A stretch of DNA of 64,000 bases from assembly GCA_009914755.4 (NCBI GenBank), contig CP086569.2, positions 7,648,001 through 7,712,000 on the forward strand. Reading direction: 5' to 3'. Below the pieces are notes generated by a model. That model had not been told where the DNA came from, did no database searches, and worked only from the letters and a program-made list of their open reading frames with translations. Numbering within the stretch: the first letter of the stretch is position 1; the number at the start of each line of letters is the position of its first letter. Shown here piece after piece: positions 44,801 to 58,751 of the stretch. This stretch comes from the human T2T-CHM13v2.0 reference genome, Homo sapiens. The position numbers and the translations under genes are program-made.

Positions 44801-47800
44801 TGGTACTTGCAGCTTTTCTAAACACTGCATCCAAATGATTTGACTCCTTGCCTGGGACATGTCAACAGTAGGCATTTTGACATATTTTTGGGCCCATCAT
44901 TCAGGTTGTATTACTCTCCTCTCCTGCCTGGACACTGCCCACAAGGGACATTGTGCCACAGAGCTGGATCTATCACACAAGTTTTGTGAGATTTCTGATA
45001 GGACACTGCCTACAAAAAAAAAAAATTGAAATATTTCTAGCTCAGCAATTGATGATGTGGCTGTTCTGCCTGCTTCACAACAACAGAGGGAATTGTAAAA
45101 TATACCTCAGCATGGCTCACAGGCATAATAATGACTCTCAAATGTGGACTCAGTAAATACAGAATATTTTGACCCTTATAAGTAAGTTTAGGGACATGTG
45201 CGATGCCCTGGATCTCCTTCTTGTACAGCTGTCACAAAAGATGACAACACTCACGTATATTTTACAAAGTCTGTGGACTATACAGACAGAGTCAAAGCAG
45301 GGCTCAGCACTCAAGTGACATTGTGAGTCTTGTATGCACACAGCCAGCTGAAAGTGAGGACTATTATCATCTCACATGGATGAAGGTAACTGTCACACAT
45401 GAAAACAGGACATGTGTGGTATTGTAAATCTTATCTTTGGAATTTTCTGACAGTGTGATTGTGATATAAATCTTTGCTAAGCACCTGTGTAATTTGACTC
45501 ACAAGATTTGTTCCAGCCCACATATGGGATTATGATACCTACCAAGGCCAACATCGAGGTGATATGACTCTCCTGCCTGGTCGTATCTTTCAGTAAAGAT
45601 TGTGACATGTCCCTGGGTCTAGCATCTTGGTGATGTCACATACTTTCCTATGCCAGGTGCCCCAAAATTGTTGTGACATGTTTCTGTGTCCACCACACAG
45701 TTGATGTAAGTCTTCTCTCTGAAATGGGTTCTGTACAACAGAAGGATAGTGACGTATTTCGAGAACAGGCACACAGGAAAGGGTATTCGTTTGCCAGTGG
45801 ATCCCCAAAGGAGGGCATTGTGACATATGTCTGGGCCTATCACCTAGGTTCTGTGACTCTCCTCCTTGGGCTTTTCCAACCTTAAGAGTTACATATTTCT
45901 AGCCCAGGCACACAGGTGATGGTATTCTTTTGCCAGGGCTCTGCTTCATAGTGGACATTGTGGCATATCTCTGGGCCTATCATCTGGGTGAAGTGACGGC
46001 CTCCTTGAGCCCTACACATATGGGGCATTGTGGCATAATCAGAAAACTTGCATCTAGTGTGATATTTCTCTCTTGGCTGGGTGCTGCATTAAGAGAGTCT
46101 TTGACATGTCTTGGGACACAGCCCCCAAGTGATGTTGCTATTCTGCCTGGTTTTTTTCCACATATTACATCGTGACATATTCCTAGGGAAGCACATATGT
46201 GATATGCCTCTCCACTTCTACCTGAGCCCTGTCTACTGGGACATTGGGACATATCTCTGAGCCCATGACCTAAATGATGTGACTCTCCTTTTCTGCCTGG
46301 GCGTTCATAACAGGATTTTGGAACATTGCTGAAGCTAGCACTTAGGATATGTGACTCTCTCCTTTTACCCAAACCTGGCCCACAGGAAAGAAATTTTGAC
46401 CTATTGCATTGCCCAGCACCCAGATGCTGTTAATCATCTACTGGAATCTGCATAAAGAGCTAATTATGACATATTTGCATATTGCTGGTCCCAGCACCCT
46501 TATGATGTGACTTTCCTGCTTGTGCTGGAGCTACTGTAGGTATGTTGACATATCTTGGGCATATTATTTAGGTATTTTGGCTCTCATAACTCAGCTGAGT
46601 TTTTTCCACATGTGGGATTGTATCATATTGCTGGGTCCAGCATGCAGTTAATGTGACTCAATTTCCTATACCCTGCCTAGAGAAGACATTGTGACATATT
46701 TCCTGGCACAGCATCAAAATGATCTTACACTCCTGCCTAGTGTTTTGCACACATATGTAATTATAATATATACCTTACTTCAGTTCACAGCCATGATGAT
46801 CAAACTTACATTGGGATTCAGCCAAAAGAAAATATTTTGCCTTTCATTGTTAGGCTTGTTGAAATAAGTAAGGTCTTGGGTTGCAAGTTTGTACCAAGCT
46901 CACAGAAGCTTACAGCACTAAATTATATTGTATAAGCTCTTTTGTGGTAGAAATTTTCATAACGTGGTCCAGCAAAAAGCTCAGATTGGGACTTTCTATT
47001 ACACACCCAGGTGAAATTAGAAGTTGCCACCATCTCGCATTACAAAGCCAACTGTTGAGGCTCTGAGTCTTAAACCCTCACACAGGGGTTTATGAAATGT
47101 CACTAAAAGGAGCTTCCAGGTGATGTGACCCTTCTCCCAGGGTCCTGCCCACCAAGGGAATTGTCACATCTCACTGGACCCGCACCTACATAGGTGATGT
47201 GACTTTCTTGCCTTCTCTTTGACCACTGGAGATATTGTGCCATTTATCTGAGGCCATAACAAAAGCCTAATAAGAACTCATAAGTCTGCAGCCAGGACAT
47301 GTGCAGGATGGTGTGTCTTATTCTTAAACCTTTCCAGAAGTGTAATTGTATATACACCTTTATACACTACCTGAGAAATTTAATAATTCCATGTAAGTAT
47401 AGCCCACAAATGAGATTTTGACAAATACCTGTGTCAAGCACCTTGTCGATATGACTGTGCTACCTTAACAATGCTTTCAGGGGGAATCACCACATATTTC
47501 TGGATGTATTATCTAGGGTACATGACTCTCATCTTTGGCCTGTACCCAGGTTCCTTTAGTAATTGTAGCATTTCTAAACATTGAATCCAAATGACATGAC
47601 ACTCTCTTGTGGACTGTCTCAATAAGAGGGATTTTGACATATTTTTGGGTTCAGCTTTTATGTGACATGACTCTCCTCTCCTCTCCTGTCTGGATACTGA
47701 GCACAGTGGAATTTGTGCAACAGAGCTGGATTTAGCACACAAGGTATGTGATATTTTGGACAGGAGACTCCCTGTAAACAGAATATTGGAATATTTCTGG

Positions 47801-50800
47801 CCCAGCATTTAGGTGACATGGCTGTTCTGCCTGCCCCATAACCACAGAGGGAATTTGTAACATACACCTAGGCATGGCTCAGAGGAATAATAATGACTCT
47901 CATATGTAGATTCAGCCAATAGAGGATATTTTGACTCTTATAACTCAGTTTAGGGACATGCATGATGTCCTGGATCACTTTCATGTACAAACATCACAAA
48001 AGATTACAATGCTCAAATATGTCTTACAAAGTGTTTGGGTTATATAGACAGAGTCAAAGAAGGGCTCAACACAGAGATGAAAGTGTAAGTCTTCTATGCA
48101 CACCCACCTGACAGTAAGAATTGCCATTATCTTGCATGAAGTCAACTGTTACACATGAAAACAGGACTTGCGAGTTATTGCCAACTTTATATTTGGAATT
48201 TTCTGACAGTGGGATGGTGATCTTTGTCAGAGACCTGTATAATTTGACTCTCCAGACTTGCTCAGGTCCATATATGGGATTGTGATATACACCTAGGCCA
48301 AACTCGAGGTGATGTGACTCTCCTGGTCTCCTGATGTGACTCCTGATGTGACTCTGGGCCCTTCTCTCATTAAGTGTTGTGATATATCACTGGATCTAGT
48401 ATCCATGTGATGGTACAGTCTTTCCTGAGCCACGCTCACCAAAATTATTGTGGCATATTTTTGTGTCCACCATATAGGTGATGTAAATCTCCTCTCTGGA
48501 ATAGGCCTTGCACAAAGGAAGGGTAGTGATAAATTGCAAAGCCAGGCACACAGGTGGGGATACTTTTGCCAGAGCAATGCCCAAAGGAGGGCAGTTTGGC
48601 ATATCTCTGGACCTGTCACCTAGATAATGTGGCTCTCCTACTTGGTTCTTGCCATCCTGGAGAGTGACATATTTCTAGGCCAGGCACACAGGTGATGGTA
48701 CTCTTTTCCCAGGGCTATGGTAACCCAGGGCTTTGCTTCATAGAGGACATTGTGATATATCTCTGGCCCTGTCACCCAGTTGGTATTACTCAATGCTTTG
48801 GCCTCAATGAGATAGAACATTGTGACATGAAAATGAAACCTGCACCAAGGTGATGTAACTCTTTCACCTTGTTTCTGTTCTAAGGGGGACTTGGGACATA
48901 TCATAGAACCTAGCACACAGGTAATGTGGCTCTTCTGCCTGTTTTCTGCCCATGTGTCAGATTTTGACTTATACATAAAGAAGGATATAGGAGATATTAC
49001 TCTCCCTTTCTGAGTTCTCCCTACTGAAGATATTGGGATCTATCTCTGAGCCCATGACCTAAGTGATATGACTCTCTTTCCCTGCTTCACCCTTCAAAAT
49101 GGTGGGATTGTGGAGATATTGCTGAGACTAGCATTTAGGTCATGTGAGTCTACTGTTTGATGAAATTGTGACATATGTAGAACATATACCTAAGCAAAGG
49201 TGCCTGGACCTGCCTATTAATTGCACTTTTACATATCACTGGGACCAGTACACAGGTGAGGTAAATTATTAGCCTTATCTCTGCCTATAAAAGACATTGT
49301 GGCTTATATCTAGGTCTATCATGCAAGTGATGTGACTTCTACTTCCTTTTCTGTGCACTTACGGTGCATTGTGACACATAACTGGGTAGTGCACCCAGGT
49401 GATGTGACTCTCCATTCCTGTTCTGCCAACAGGAAGCTTTGTAATATATCACTTGGATCAGCACATAGGTCCTGTTTCTCCTCTCTTGCCTCACCCTGAC
49501 AGCAAGGGAGATTTTAACATATTACTAAACCCAGTGCCAAAGTGAGGTCACTTTCATACCTTGGTTTTGCAAATAACAGTCATTGTGACATATATCTAGG
49601 CCAATTGCCTAGGTAAAATGAATCTCCTCAACTTCTTAAGGCCTGCCCAGAAAATGAATTTTGATATATCACTAAAACCAGCATCCAGGAAATGTGACTC
49701 TTCTTCCAGGGTCCTGGACACATGAAAGATTGTGACATCTCACAGGACCAGCACGCACCCAGATGATGTGACATTTCTGCTTGCTCTCTGCCCTTAGATG
49801 ATATTGTGCCATATACTTGAGACGAAATAAGAGGACTAATTGTGACTCTTAAACCTTAAGCCAGGTCATATGCGAGAAGGTGACTCCCATTCCTGAAAGT
49901 TTCCACCTGTGTCATTGTGATATATACTATTTCCCAGTTCTTCAACTTAATTATCCTACCAAGGTGTATCCCACAAATTAGATTTGGATATATACCTCAG
50001 CTGAGTACGTTGGTGATTTGACTCTCCTATCTTTACAATATGCTTTGGAAGGATTATAACATGGTTCTGGACCCATCATCTAGTTATCTGACTCTCCTCT
50101 CTTGCCTGGACCCTTCTTCCACCTGGGATTGTACCATTTCTAAGAACTGCATCCAAGTGGTCTGACTCTCTTGCCTGGTTCTTTCACATGCAATATTGTG
50201 ACACATCTCTGGGCCTAGCATTTCAGTGATATGAGTCTCTTCTTCTGTCTCGACATTGCTCACAAGAGGCATTGTGCCATACACTGATAGGGGCCATACA
50301 CCTGACAGTGTAACCCCCACGTTATGCAACTTTGCTGACAGTAACTTGCCAACAAGGAGAATATTGGAACACTTCTGGCTCAGTGCTTGGTGTACTTGGC
50401 TGTCATGCCTATTTCATTACCACACAGTAAGTTGTTACATACACCTAGGCACAACTCACAGGTATGATTATGACTGTCATATGTGGACCCCAGAAATTTG
50501 AGTAATTTTAAATTTCATAACTTGCCTCAGAAACAGGAGTGAATGAATCACTTTCTTGTAAAAAAGGACAAAGAAGATTTTAACAGCCTAGGATATTTTA
50601 TAAAGCCCTTGGCTTGTACAGAGATTATAATAATGGAACCCAGTAGAAAGGTGAAACTTTGAGTCTCATATGCACACCAATCTGACCATAAGGACTGTCA
50701 TCATCTCATATATATAAAGCCAAATGTCATTCATGAAAATAGGACATGTGTAGTATTTTAAATCTCATCCTCATAATTTTCTGCCAGTGTGTTTGTGATA

Positions 50801-53800
50801 TAAATCTTTGCCAGCTGAGCCACTGTATTATTTGACCCTTCAAACTTGCTCCAGCCCACAAAGTTATTTTGATATCTACCTGGGCCAAATTCTAGGTGAT
50901 GTAATGCTTTGTCCTAGGCCCTGCTCTCAGTAAGAATTATGCATATCACTAGATCCAGCACTCAGGTCATGTTACATTTTTGCCTGAGTCATGTGCACAG
51001 AAATCACTGGGACATATCACCGTGTCAACCACTTAGGTGACATAACTCTACTCATTAGAATGGGCCTTGCACACAGTGGGGAATAGTAACTTGCCTGGGC
51101 CAGGCAAAGAGGTCACAGTATTATTTCGCTAGGGCCCTGTCCTAAAGAGGGCATTTGACAAATCTCTGGGCCTATCAGCTAGGTGATGTTGCTCTCCTGT
51201 TTGGGTCCTGCTTACCTGAATAGTGACATATTGCTAGGCTAGTTACACAGGTGATGGTGCTCTTTCACCAGGGCCATAACTCAAGGAGGACATTGTGATA
51301 TATCTCTGTGCCTATCAGCTAGATGGTGTGACTCTGTGCTTGAGCCCGACCACATAGAACATTGTGATTTAAGTGTAGAACCTGCACTCATTTGCTGTAA
51401 CTCTCTAGCCAGGTTCCTGTCTTAAGGGAGACTTGTGATGCATCTCCAGACCAAGCATCTTCTGCCTGGCTTCACCTAACATGTTAGATTATGCCATAAA
51501 CCTAGGGAAGTACCAACGTGATATGACTCTTCTGTTATGCCTGAGTCTTACCTACTTGGGACATTAGACTATATATCTGAGGCTGTGTCTTAAGTAATGT
51601 GACTATTTTCTTTTGCTTGTTTGTTTTGTTTTGTTTTGTTGTTTGTTTTTACAATGAGTTGATGTAACATATTGCTATGCCAAATAATTAGGTAATATGA
51701 CTCTTCATTTTTTAACAAACTGTGGCCATAAAAAGGAATTTTGATGTATTGCTGGGCCCAGCACCAAGATGTTGTTCCTCTTCTGACTGGGTCCTGCGTA
51801 AAGATAGAATTATGGCATACTGCTGATGATCTAACTCTCCTGATTCTGCCAGAGCAACAGAAAGTATTTTTACATACCTTGGGTCAATTCTGTAGGTGGT
51901 TTTGCTCTCATTATTTTTCTGGGTTTGTTTTATCCACATTTGGGATTGTCTCATATTGCTGGGTCCAGCACCCAGTTATTGTAACCCGCATTCCAGACCC
52001 TGCATAGAAAGGGCATTGTGACATATTTGCTTGGCACAGAATGTAAGTTGTTCTACCCTCCTGCTATTTTTTTCTACAAATGGGTTTATGAAATTTACAT
52101 TGCTTCATTTCAGAGGTATGATTATCAACTGAAATTGGAATTCTACCAATAGCAGATGTTTTGTCTCTCATCACTACACTACAACTTTGAGTTGCAAATT
52201 TGAATAAAGCTAACAAAAGTTTAAAATAGTAACTCATACTATATAAAATCCTTGGATGGTACCTAGAACTTTATAAAAGGGCCTAGCAAACAGTTAAAAT
52301 CGTGGCTGTTGTTTACACATTCAGGTGAGAGCAAATGTTGTCATCATCTCACATTTACAAAGCTCAGTGTTGAAGTCCTGAGTTTCAAATATAAATAAAG
52401 TAAAGAGATGGAATTGTGACTTTTGTATGTCGATTTTGATACAGGTGAGATGGTGACTCATTTCTGGACACAGATCCGGGACATAATAATGAGCGATCCT
52501 GTCTAAACCCAGCCTATAAGAGAGATGAGGACTATCATAACTGGGTTTATAGCAATATGTAGGATTGTGAGTTAATGTGAGCATGTAGGCCACAGAAAAG
52601 ATTGCAACTCTCATGAATGTCGCATAAAGCTTTCGGCTGTTGTAGAGTGTGTTGTATGATGACTCAGAACACACATGACATTGCACCTTTTATATACACA
52701 CCAAGCTAACAATCAAAGACATCACCCTAATACATGAAGAGGTTGTGTCATATCACTGGGTCCAGTACCTCTAGGTATTGAGAACTTTCGGTTAAATTCT
52801 ATTTTCATGGGTGCTTTGTGAAATATCCCTGTGTTAGATTTGTAATAATGTGACTCTTCTGCTTGGACCCTGCCAACAGTGGATATTGTCAAATATCTTC
52901 ATTCCTATCAGCTAGATGGCGTGTCTCTCCTGCCAGTTCACTGTCCACTGGGATACTGTGACCTATTGTTAGATATTGCATCTAGGTAATGTGAATCTAC
53001 TTTCCTGCCTGGATCCTGCTCTCTGAAGAAATTGTGACATACCACTGAGTGTAAAACCTAGGTGATGTGACTCTCCTCTTTATCCTGGACTCTGCCAAGA
53101 GGGGAATTATAACATATTGCTGAGCCCTGTACCAAGAGAATGTGACTATCCACTCTATTTTCAACCCTGTATATGGTGGGCATGATTGTATATTATCTGA
53201 GACTGTGCCCAGGTGATATGACTCTTCTGACTGGATCCTGCCTACAATGGACATGATAATCTATCCCTGGATCAGAACCCAGATGATGAGACTCTTCTTT
53301 CTTGTCTCTGCCCGAAGCTGAAACTGGGACTTATAGCTGGCTTCAGCTCATATGCACAATAATAAATCTCATAACTAGACCCAGTCAGGGAAGGTTTTTT
53401 GACTCTCATAGCCAGCCTTACCGCCATGGGTAAAGTCCAAGATCACCCACCTGTAAGAATTCACAGTAACATATTCTATTTAGGCATATCACATAAAGCC
53501 TGAGTGGTACAAAGGGTGTCATAGCAGGCAACAGATACCAGGTGCTACTGTGACTCTTGGATTAACACTCACCTGATACAATTGTTATTCTCACACATTA
53601 ACAGAGTCTACATATGAGGTACTAAATCTCACACATATAATCAGTAGAAGCTTGAAATTGTTGCTTTCATGCATGAATCTGATCCACAGGTTGTTAGGTG
53701 ACTTTTGAACCATGATTCAGCAGAACAGTGGTGCTGTGACTCTCCCACTGGAACACAATCTTCAGGTGGGATTGGGACTCTTATACATGAATCTTGCTTA

Positions 53801-56767
53801 TTGTTGAGATTGTGACTACCATACTTTGACCCAATTCACAGGAGGTGTTGACTTTTATCAACATCTGAGTGATTTAACTATGTTTCTACACCCAGGGCAC
53901 AGTTGAAATTGTGACATACATGCACCAAACACCTAAGCAATGTATGACACTTTTTTCACCATGTGACAAAGGGCACTTTTACATATCACTGTGACAAGCA
54001 CACAGGTGATGTGAAATCTTGCCCTGACGCCTGCCTAAAAACAGCACTGTGGCTTTTATCTAGGTTCATCCCATAAGTGATGTGACTGCTTCCTTCTACC
54101 TTGGCCCTGCATTTACAATGCATTGTGACACATAACTGGGCACTGCACTCAGATGATGTGACTCTTTTTGTGGGGGCTTTGCCAATAGGAAGCTTTTTTA
54201 TATATTCCATGGCTCAGTATCTAGGTAATGTTTCTTCTCTCTTTCCTGGGCCCTGACCAGCAAAGAGATTGTGACATGTGGCTGAACCCAGCACCAACAT
54301 TAGGTCACTCTTCTGCTTTGGTTCTTCACATAGCAGCTTTTGTGACATATATTCATTCCAATTGCCAAGATGAAGTTTTCCTACTGTTCTTCCTAAGCCT
54401 TGCCTACAGGGGGCATTTACATATATCACTGTAACCAGGATCCAGGTGATGTGACTCTTCTTCCAGAGTCCTGCCCAAAAGTAGGATTGTAACATTTCAC
54501 TGGACTAGCACCCACACAGATGATGTGACTTTCCTTTCTTCTCCCTGCCACGGATGATATTGTGCCATATACCTGAAACCAGACCAAAGCCCTAATAATG
54601 ACTCTTGTACCTGGAGACAGGACATGTGCAGGGTGGTGACTCTCATTTCTGAACATTTCCACAGTTGTTTTTGTGACACATACCTTTGCCCAGCTCCTTT
54701 GTAATTTAATAGTCCTTTTTACTTATAGCCCACAGATTATATTTTGACACATGCCTGGGCCAAGCACCTTGGTAATTGGATTATCCTGTCTAAAAGTGAC
54801 CTCAGAAGGGATTGTAACATATCTCTATACTTATCACATAAGATATGTGACTCTCCTCTCCAGTCTAAACCCTGCTTCCATTGAAGATTGTAGCATTTCT
54901 AAGCACTGCATCCAAATGGCATGACTCTCTGGCCTGAGCCTTTCAACACGAAACATTGTGATGCATCTCTGGGTCCATCATTTATCTTATATGACTCTCC
55001 CTCTCCTGTCTGGCCTTCTTCCTCAAGGGCCATTTTGCCATAGAGCTTTGCCTAACACCCAAGTTTTGCTAATTTTCTGTTAGAGTCTTGCCTTTAAAGA
55101 GAATATTGGAATATTTCTGGCTCAGGATTTAGGTGATGTGGTTGTCCTGCCTGTTTAACCACAAGAGAGTGGATGGTGACTTATACTTAGGCACAGTAAC
55201 AGGCATGATAATGACTCTTATATGTGAACCAAGGCAATAGGAGAAATTTTGACTCTTATAACTATGTTAGGGACATGAGTGTTGTCCAGGATCACCTTCT
55301 GGTAAGAAGGTCACATATCATGACAACACCCAGACATATTATCACACCCTTGGTTTGTATAAAGAGTATCATAACAGGTCCTAGCACACAGAGAAAATTT
55401 TGAGTCTCATATACACACCCAGTTGCCAGTAAGGGCTTTCATCATAACAGATGGATGAAGGCAACTCTCCCACATGAAAACAGGACATGTGTGGTATTGT
55501 ATATCTTATTACTAGAATTTAATTCCATCATTACTGTGACATAAATTTTTCCCAACGACCTGTGTGATTTCACTCTTCAGACTGTTTCCAGGCTACATAT
55601 GGAATTTGGATATCTACCTGAGCCAAACTTGAAGTGATGTGACTCTTCTACCTGGGCCCTGCTCTCAGTAAGATTGTGATATTACTGAATCCACACTCAG
55701 ATGTGTCACATTCTTGTGACATATCTGTGTGCCCATCACTTAGAAGACAATACTCTCGTCTTTTGAATGGGCCCTGCACACAGGGCAGGACAATGACATA
55801 TTCTTAGGCCAGACACAGAGGTAATGATAGTTTTTTTCTAGGGCCATGAAAAAAAGAGGGCATTTTGACATATCACAGGGCCTGTTATGTAGGTGATACG
55901 GCTCCTGTGCTTGGGAACTGCCCCCTTGAATATTAATATATTGCTAGGCCAGGCAAAAAGGTGATGGTACTCTTGCTAGGGCCATGCTTTAAGAAAGCCT
56001 TGTGACATACCTCTGGGCATGTCACCTATGTAACTTCTTGCTTGGCCCGGCCCACATGGAGCATTGTCACATAAGGGTGGAACTTGCATCTACTTGATGT
56101 AACTCTCTTGCCTTTGTCCTTTACTAAGGGGGTCTTGTGAATATCTCAGGACCCAGGATGAGGTGATGTGGCTCTTCAGATTGTTTTCCACTCACATATT
56201 AAATAGTGGCATTTACCTAAAGAAGTACCTAGGTGATATGACTCTCTTTTTCTTCCTGATCCCAGCCTACAGGTGACATTGGGTCATATCTGTGAGCCCA
56301 TGATCTAAGTGATGTGACTTTCTTCTTCTGTATGGTCCTTTACAATGGGAAGATTTTGATATATTGATGAGCCTAGCACTTAAGTAATATGACTTGTCTT
56401 GTTGCTCAACAACACCCATGAACAGAAAACGTTTGCCATATTTCAGGGCCCAGCATGTGGATGATGTCACTCTTCTGCCTAGGTTATTAATAAGAAAAGA
56501 ATTATAGCATATTGTTTGGCCAAGAACCATAATGATGTGACTTTCCACCCTGTGCCAGAGCCATGGCAGGAATTTTGACATATCCTTGACCCTTTCCATA
56601 GGTGTTTTGGCTGTCAACACTTTGCTGGGTTTCTTCTACGCATTCTTGTATCATATTGTTGGCTCCAGTCTCCAGTTAATGTGACCCTTTTTACTAGGTC
56701 CTGCCTAAAGAGGGCATGGCGACATATTTTGTGGCACAGCACCTAAGTGACATTAACATTCTGCCTA

Positions 56768-58751
56768 GTTTTTTTTGTTTTTTAACTTTAAGTTCTGGTG
56801 TACATGTACATAACGTGCAGTTTTCTTACACTGTTATGTATGTACCATGGTGGTTTGCTGCACTAATCAACCCAGCCCATGCATTAGATATTTCTCCTAA
56901 TGTTATCCCTCGCCTAACCCCATGACAGGCCCCAGTGTATGATGTTTCCCTCCCGGTGTCCATGTGTTCTCATTGTTGAACTACCACCTATGAGTGAGTA
57001 CCTGCTGTGTTTGGTTTTCTGTTCTTGTAATAGTTTGCTGAGAAAGACAGTTTTCAGCTTCATCCATGTCCCGGCAAAGGACATGAATTCATCCCTTTGT
57101 ATGGCTGCATAGTATTTCATGGTGTCTGTGTGCCACATTTTTTTATACAGTCTATCAATGAACATTTGTGTTTGTTCCAAGCCTTTGCTATTGTGAATAG
57201 TGCCACAACTAACAAACATGTGCATGTGTCTTTATAGTAGCATGATTTATAATCTTTTGAGTATATAGTAATAGGTATATAGTAATAGGATTGCTTGGTC
57301 AAATGGTATTTCTAGTTCTAGATCCTTGAGGAATCACCACACAGTCTTCCACAATGGTTGAACTAATTTACACTCCCACCAACAGTGTAAAAGCCTTCCT
57401 ATTTCTTTACATGCTCTCCAGCATCTGTTTCCTGACTTTTTAATGATTGCCTTACCTGGCATGAGATGATATCTCGTTGTGACTTTGATTTGCATTTCTC
57501 TAGTTAACAGTGATAATGAGCACTTTTTATATGTTTGTTGGCTTCATAAATGTCTTCTTTGGCGAAGTGTCTGTTCACATCCTTTGCCCACTTTTTGATG
57601 AGTTTTCTTTTCTTTTTTCTTGTTAATGTGTTTAAGTTCTTTGTATATTCTGCATATAAGCCCTTGTCAGATGGATAGATTGCAAAAAGAAAAATTCTTC
57701 TAGTTTGGAGGTTGCCTGTTCATTCTGATGGTAGTTTATTTTGCTGCACAAAAACTCATTAGTCTAATTAGATCCCATTTTTCTGTTTGGCATTTGATGC
57801 CATTGCTTTGGTGTTAAAACATGAAGTCTTTGCCCATGCCTATGTCCTTAATGGTATTGCCTAGGCTTTCTTCTATGATTTTTTATGATTTTAGGTCTTA
57901 TGTTTAAGTCTTTAATCCATCCTGAGTTTTTTATTGTACAAGTTGTAAGCAAGGGGTCCAGTTTCATTTATCTGCATATGACTTGACAGTTTTCCCAATA
58001 CAATTTATTACACAGGAATTCTTTTCCCCATTGCTTGTTTGTGTCAGGTTTGTCAAAGATCAGATGGTTGTAGATGTATGGTGTTATTTCTGAGGCTTCT
58101 ATTCTGTTCCATTTTTCTATGTAACTGTTTTGGTACCAGTACCATGCAATTTTAGTTACCATAGCCTTGTGGTATAGTTTGAAGTCAGGTAGTGTGATGC
58201 CTCCTTCTTTGTTCTTTTTGCTTAAGATTGTATTGGCTATGTGGGCTCTTTTTTTGTTCCATATAAAGTTTAAAGTAGTTGTTTTTTTCCAGTTGCATGA
58301 AGAAAGTCATTGGTAGCTTATGGAGATAGCACTGGTTGTGTGAATTACTTTCAGCAGTATGGTCATTTTCACGATATTCAATATTCCTATCAATGAGCAT
58401 AGAATTTTTTTTTCATTTGTTTGTGTCCTCTCTTATTTCCTTGAGCAGTGGTTTCTAGTTCTCCTTAAAGAGGTTTTTCACACCCCTTGTATATTGTATT
58501 CCTAGGTATTTTGTTCTCTTTGTAGCAATTGTGAATGGGAATCCATTTATGATTTGACTCTCTCTTTGTCCATTTTTGGTATGCAGGAATGCCTGTAATT
58601 TTTACACATTTATTTATTATCCTGAGACTTTGCTAAATTTGCTTATCAGCATAAGGACATGTTGGGCTCAGATAATGAGGTTTTCTAGATATACGGTCAT
58701 GCCAACTGTAAATAGAAACAATTTAACTTCCTCTTTTCCTACTTGAATAAC
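56768..58751 (-). mobile_element. Older LINE-1 3' fragment (ORF2 C-terminal part plus 3' UTR), minus strand
   Basis: Poly-T and reverse-complement L1 3' UTR begin at 56768. Minus-strand ORFs at 56914-57225 (…KKMWHTDTMKYYAAIQRDEFMSFAGTWMKLKTVFLSKLLQEQKTKH…), 57968-58162 (…[10 protein letters not shown]…[16 protein letters not shown]…) and 58185-58400 match L1 ORF2. It is more diverged than the other L1s. The 5' truncation is near 58751. Confidence 0.85.
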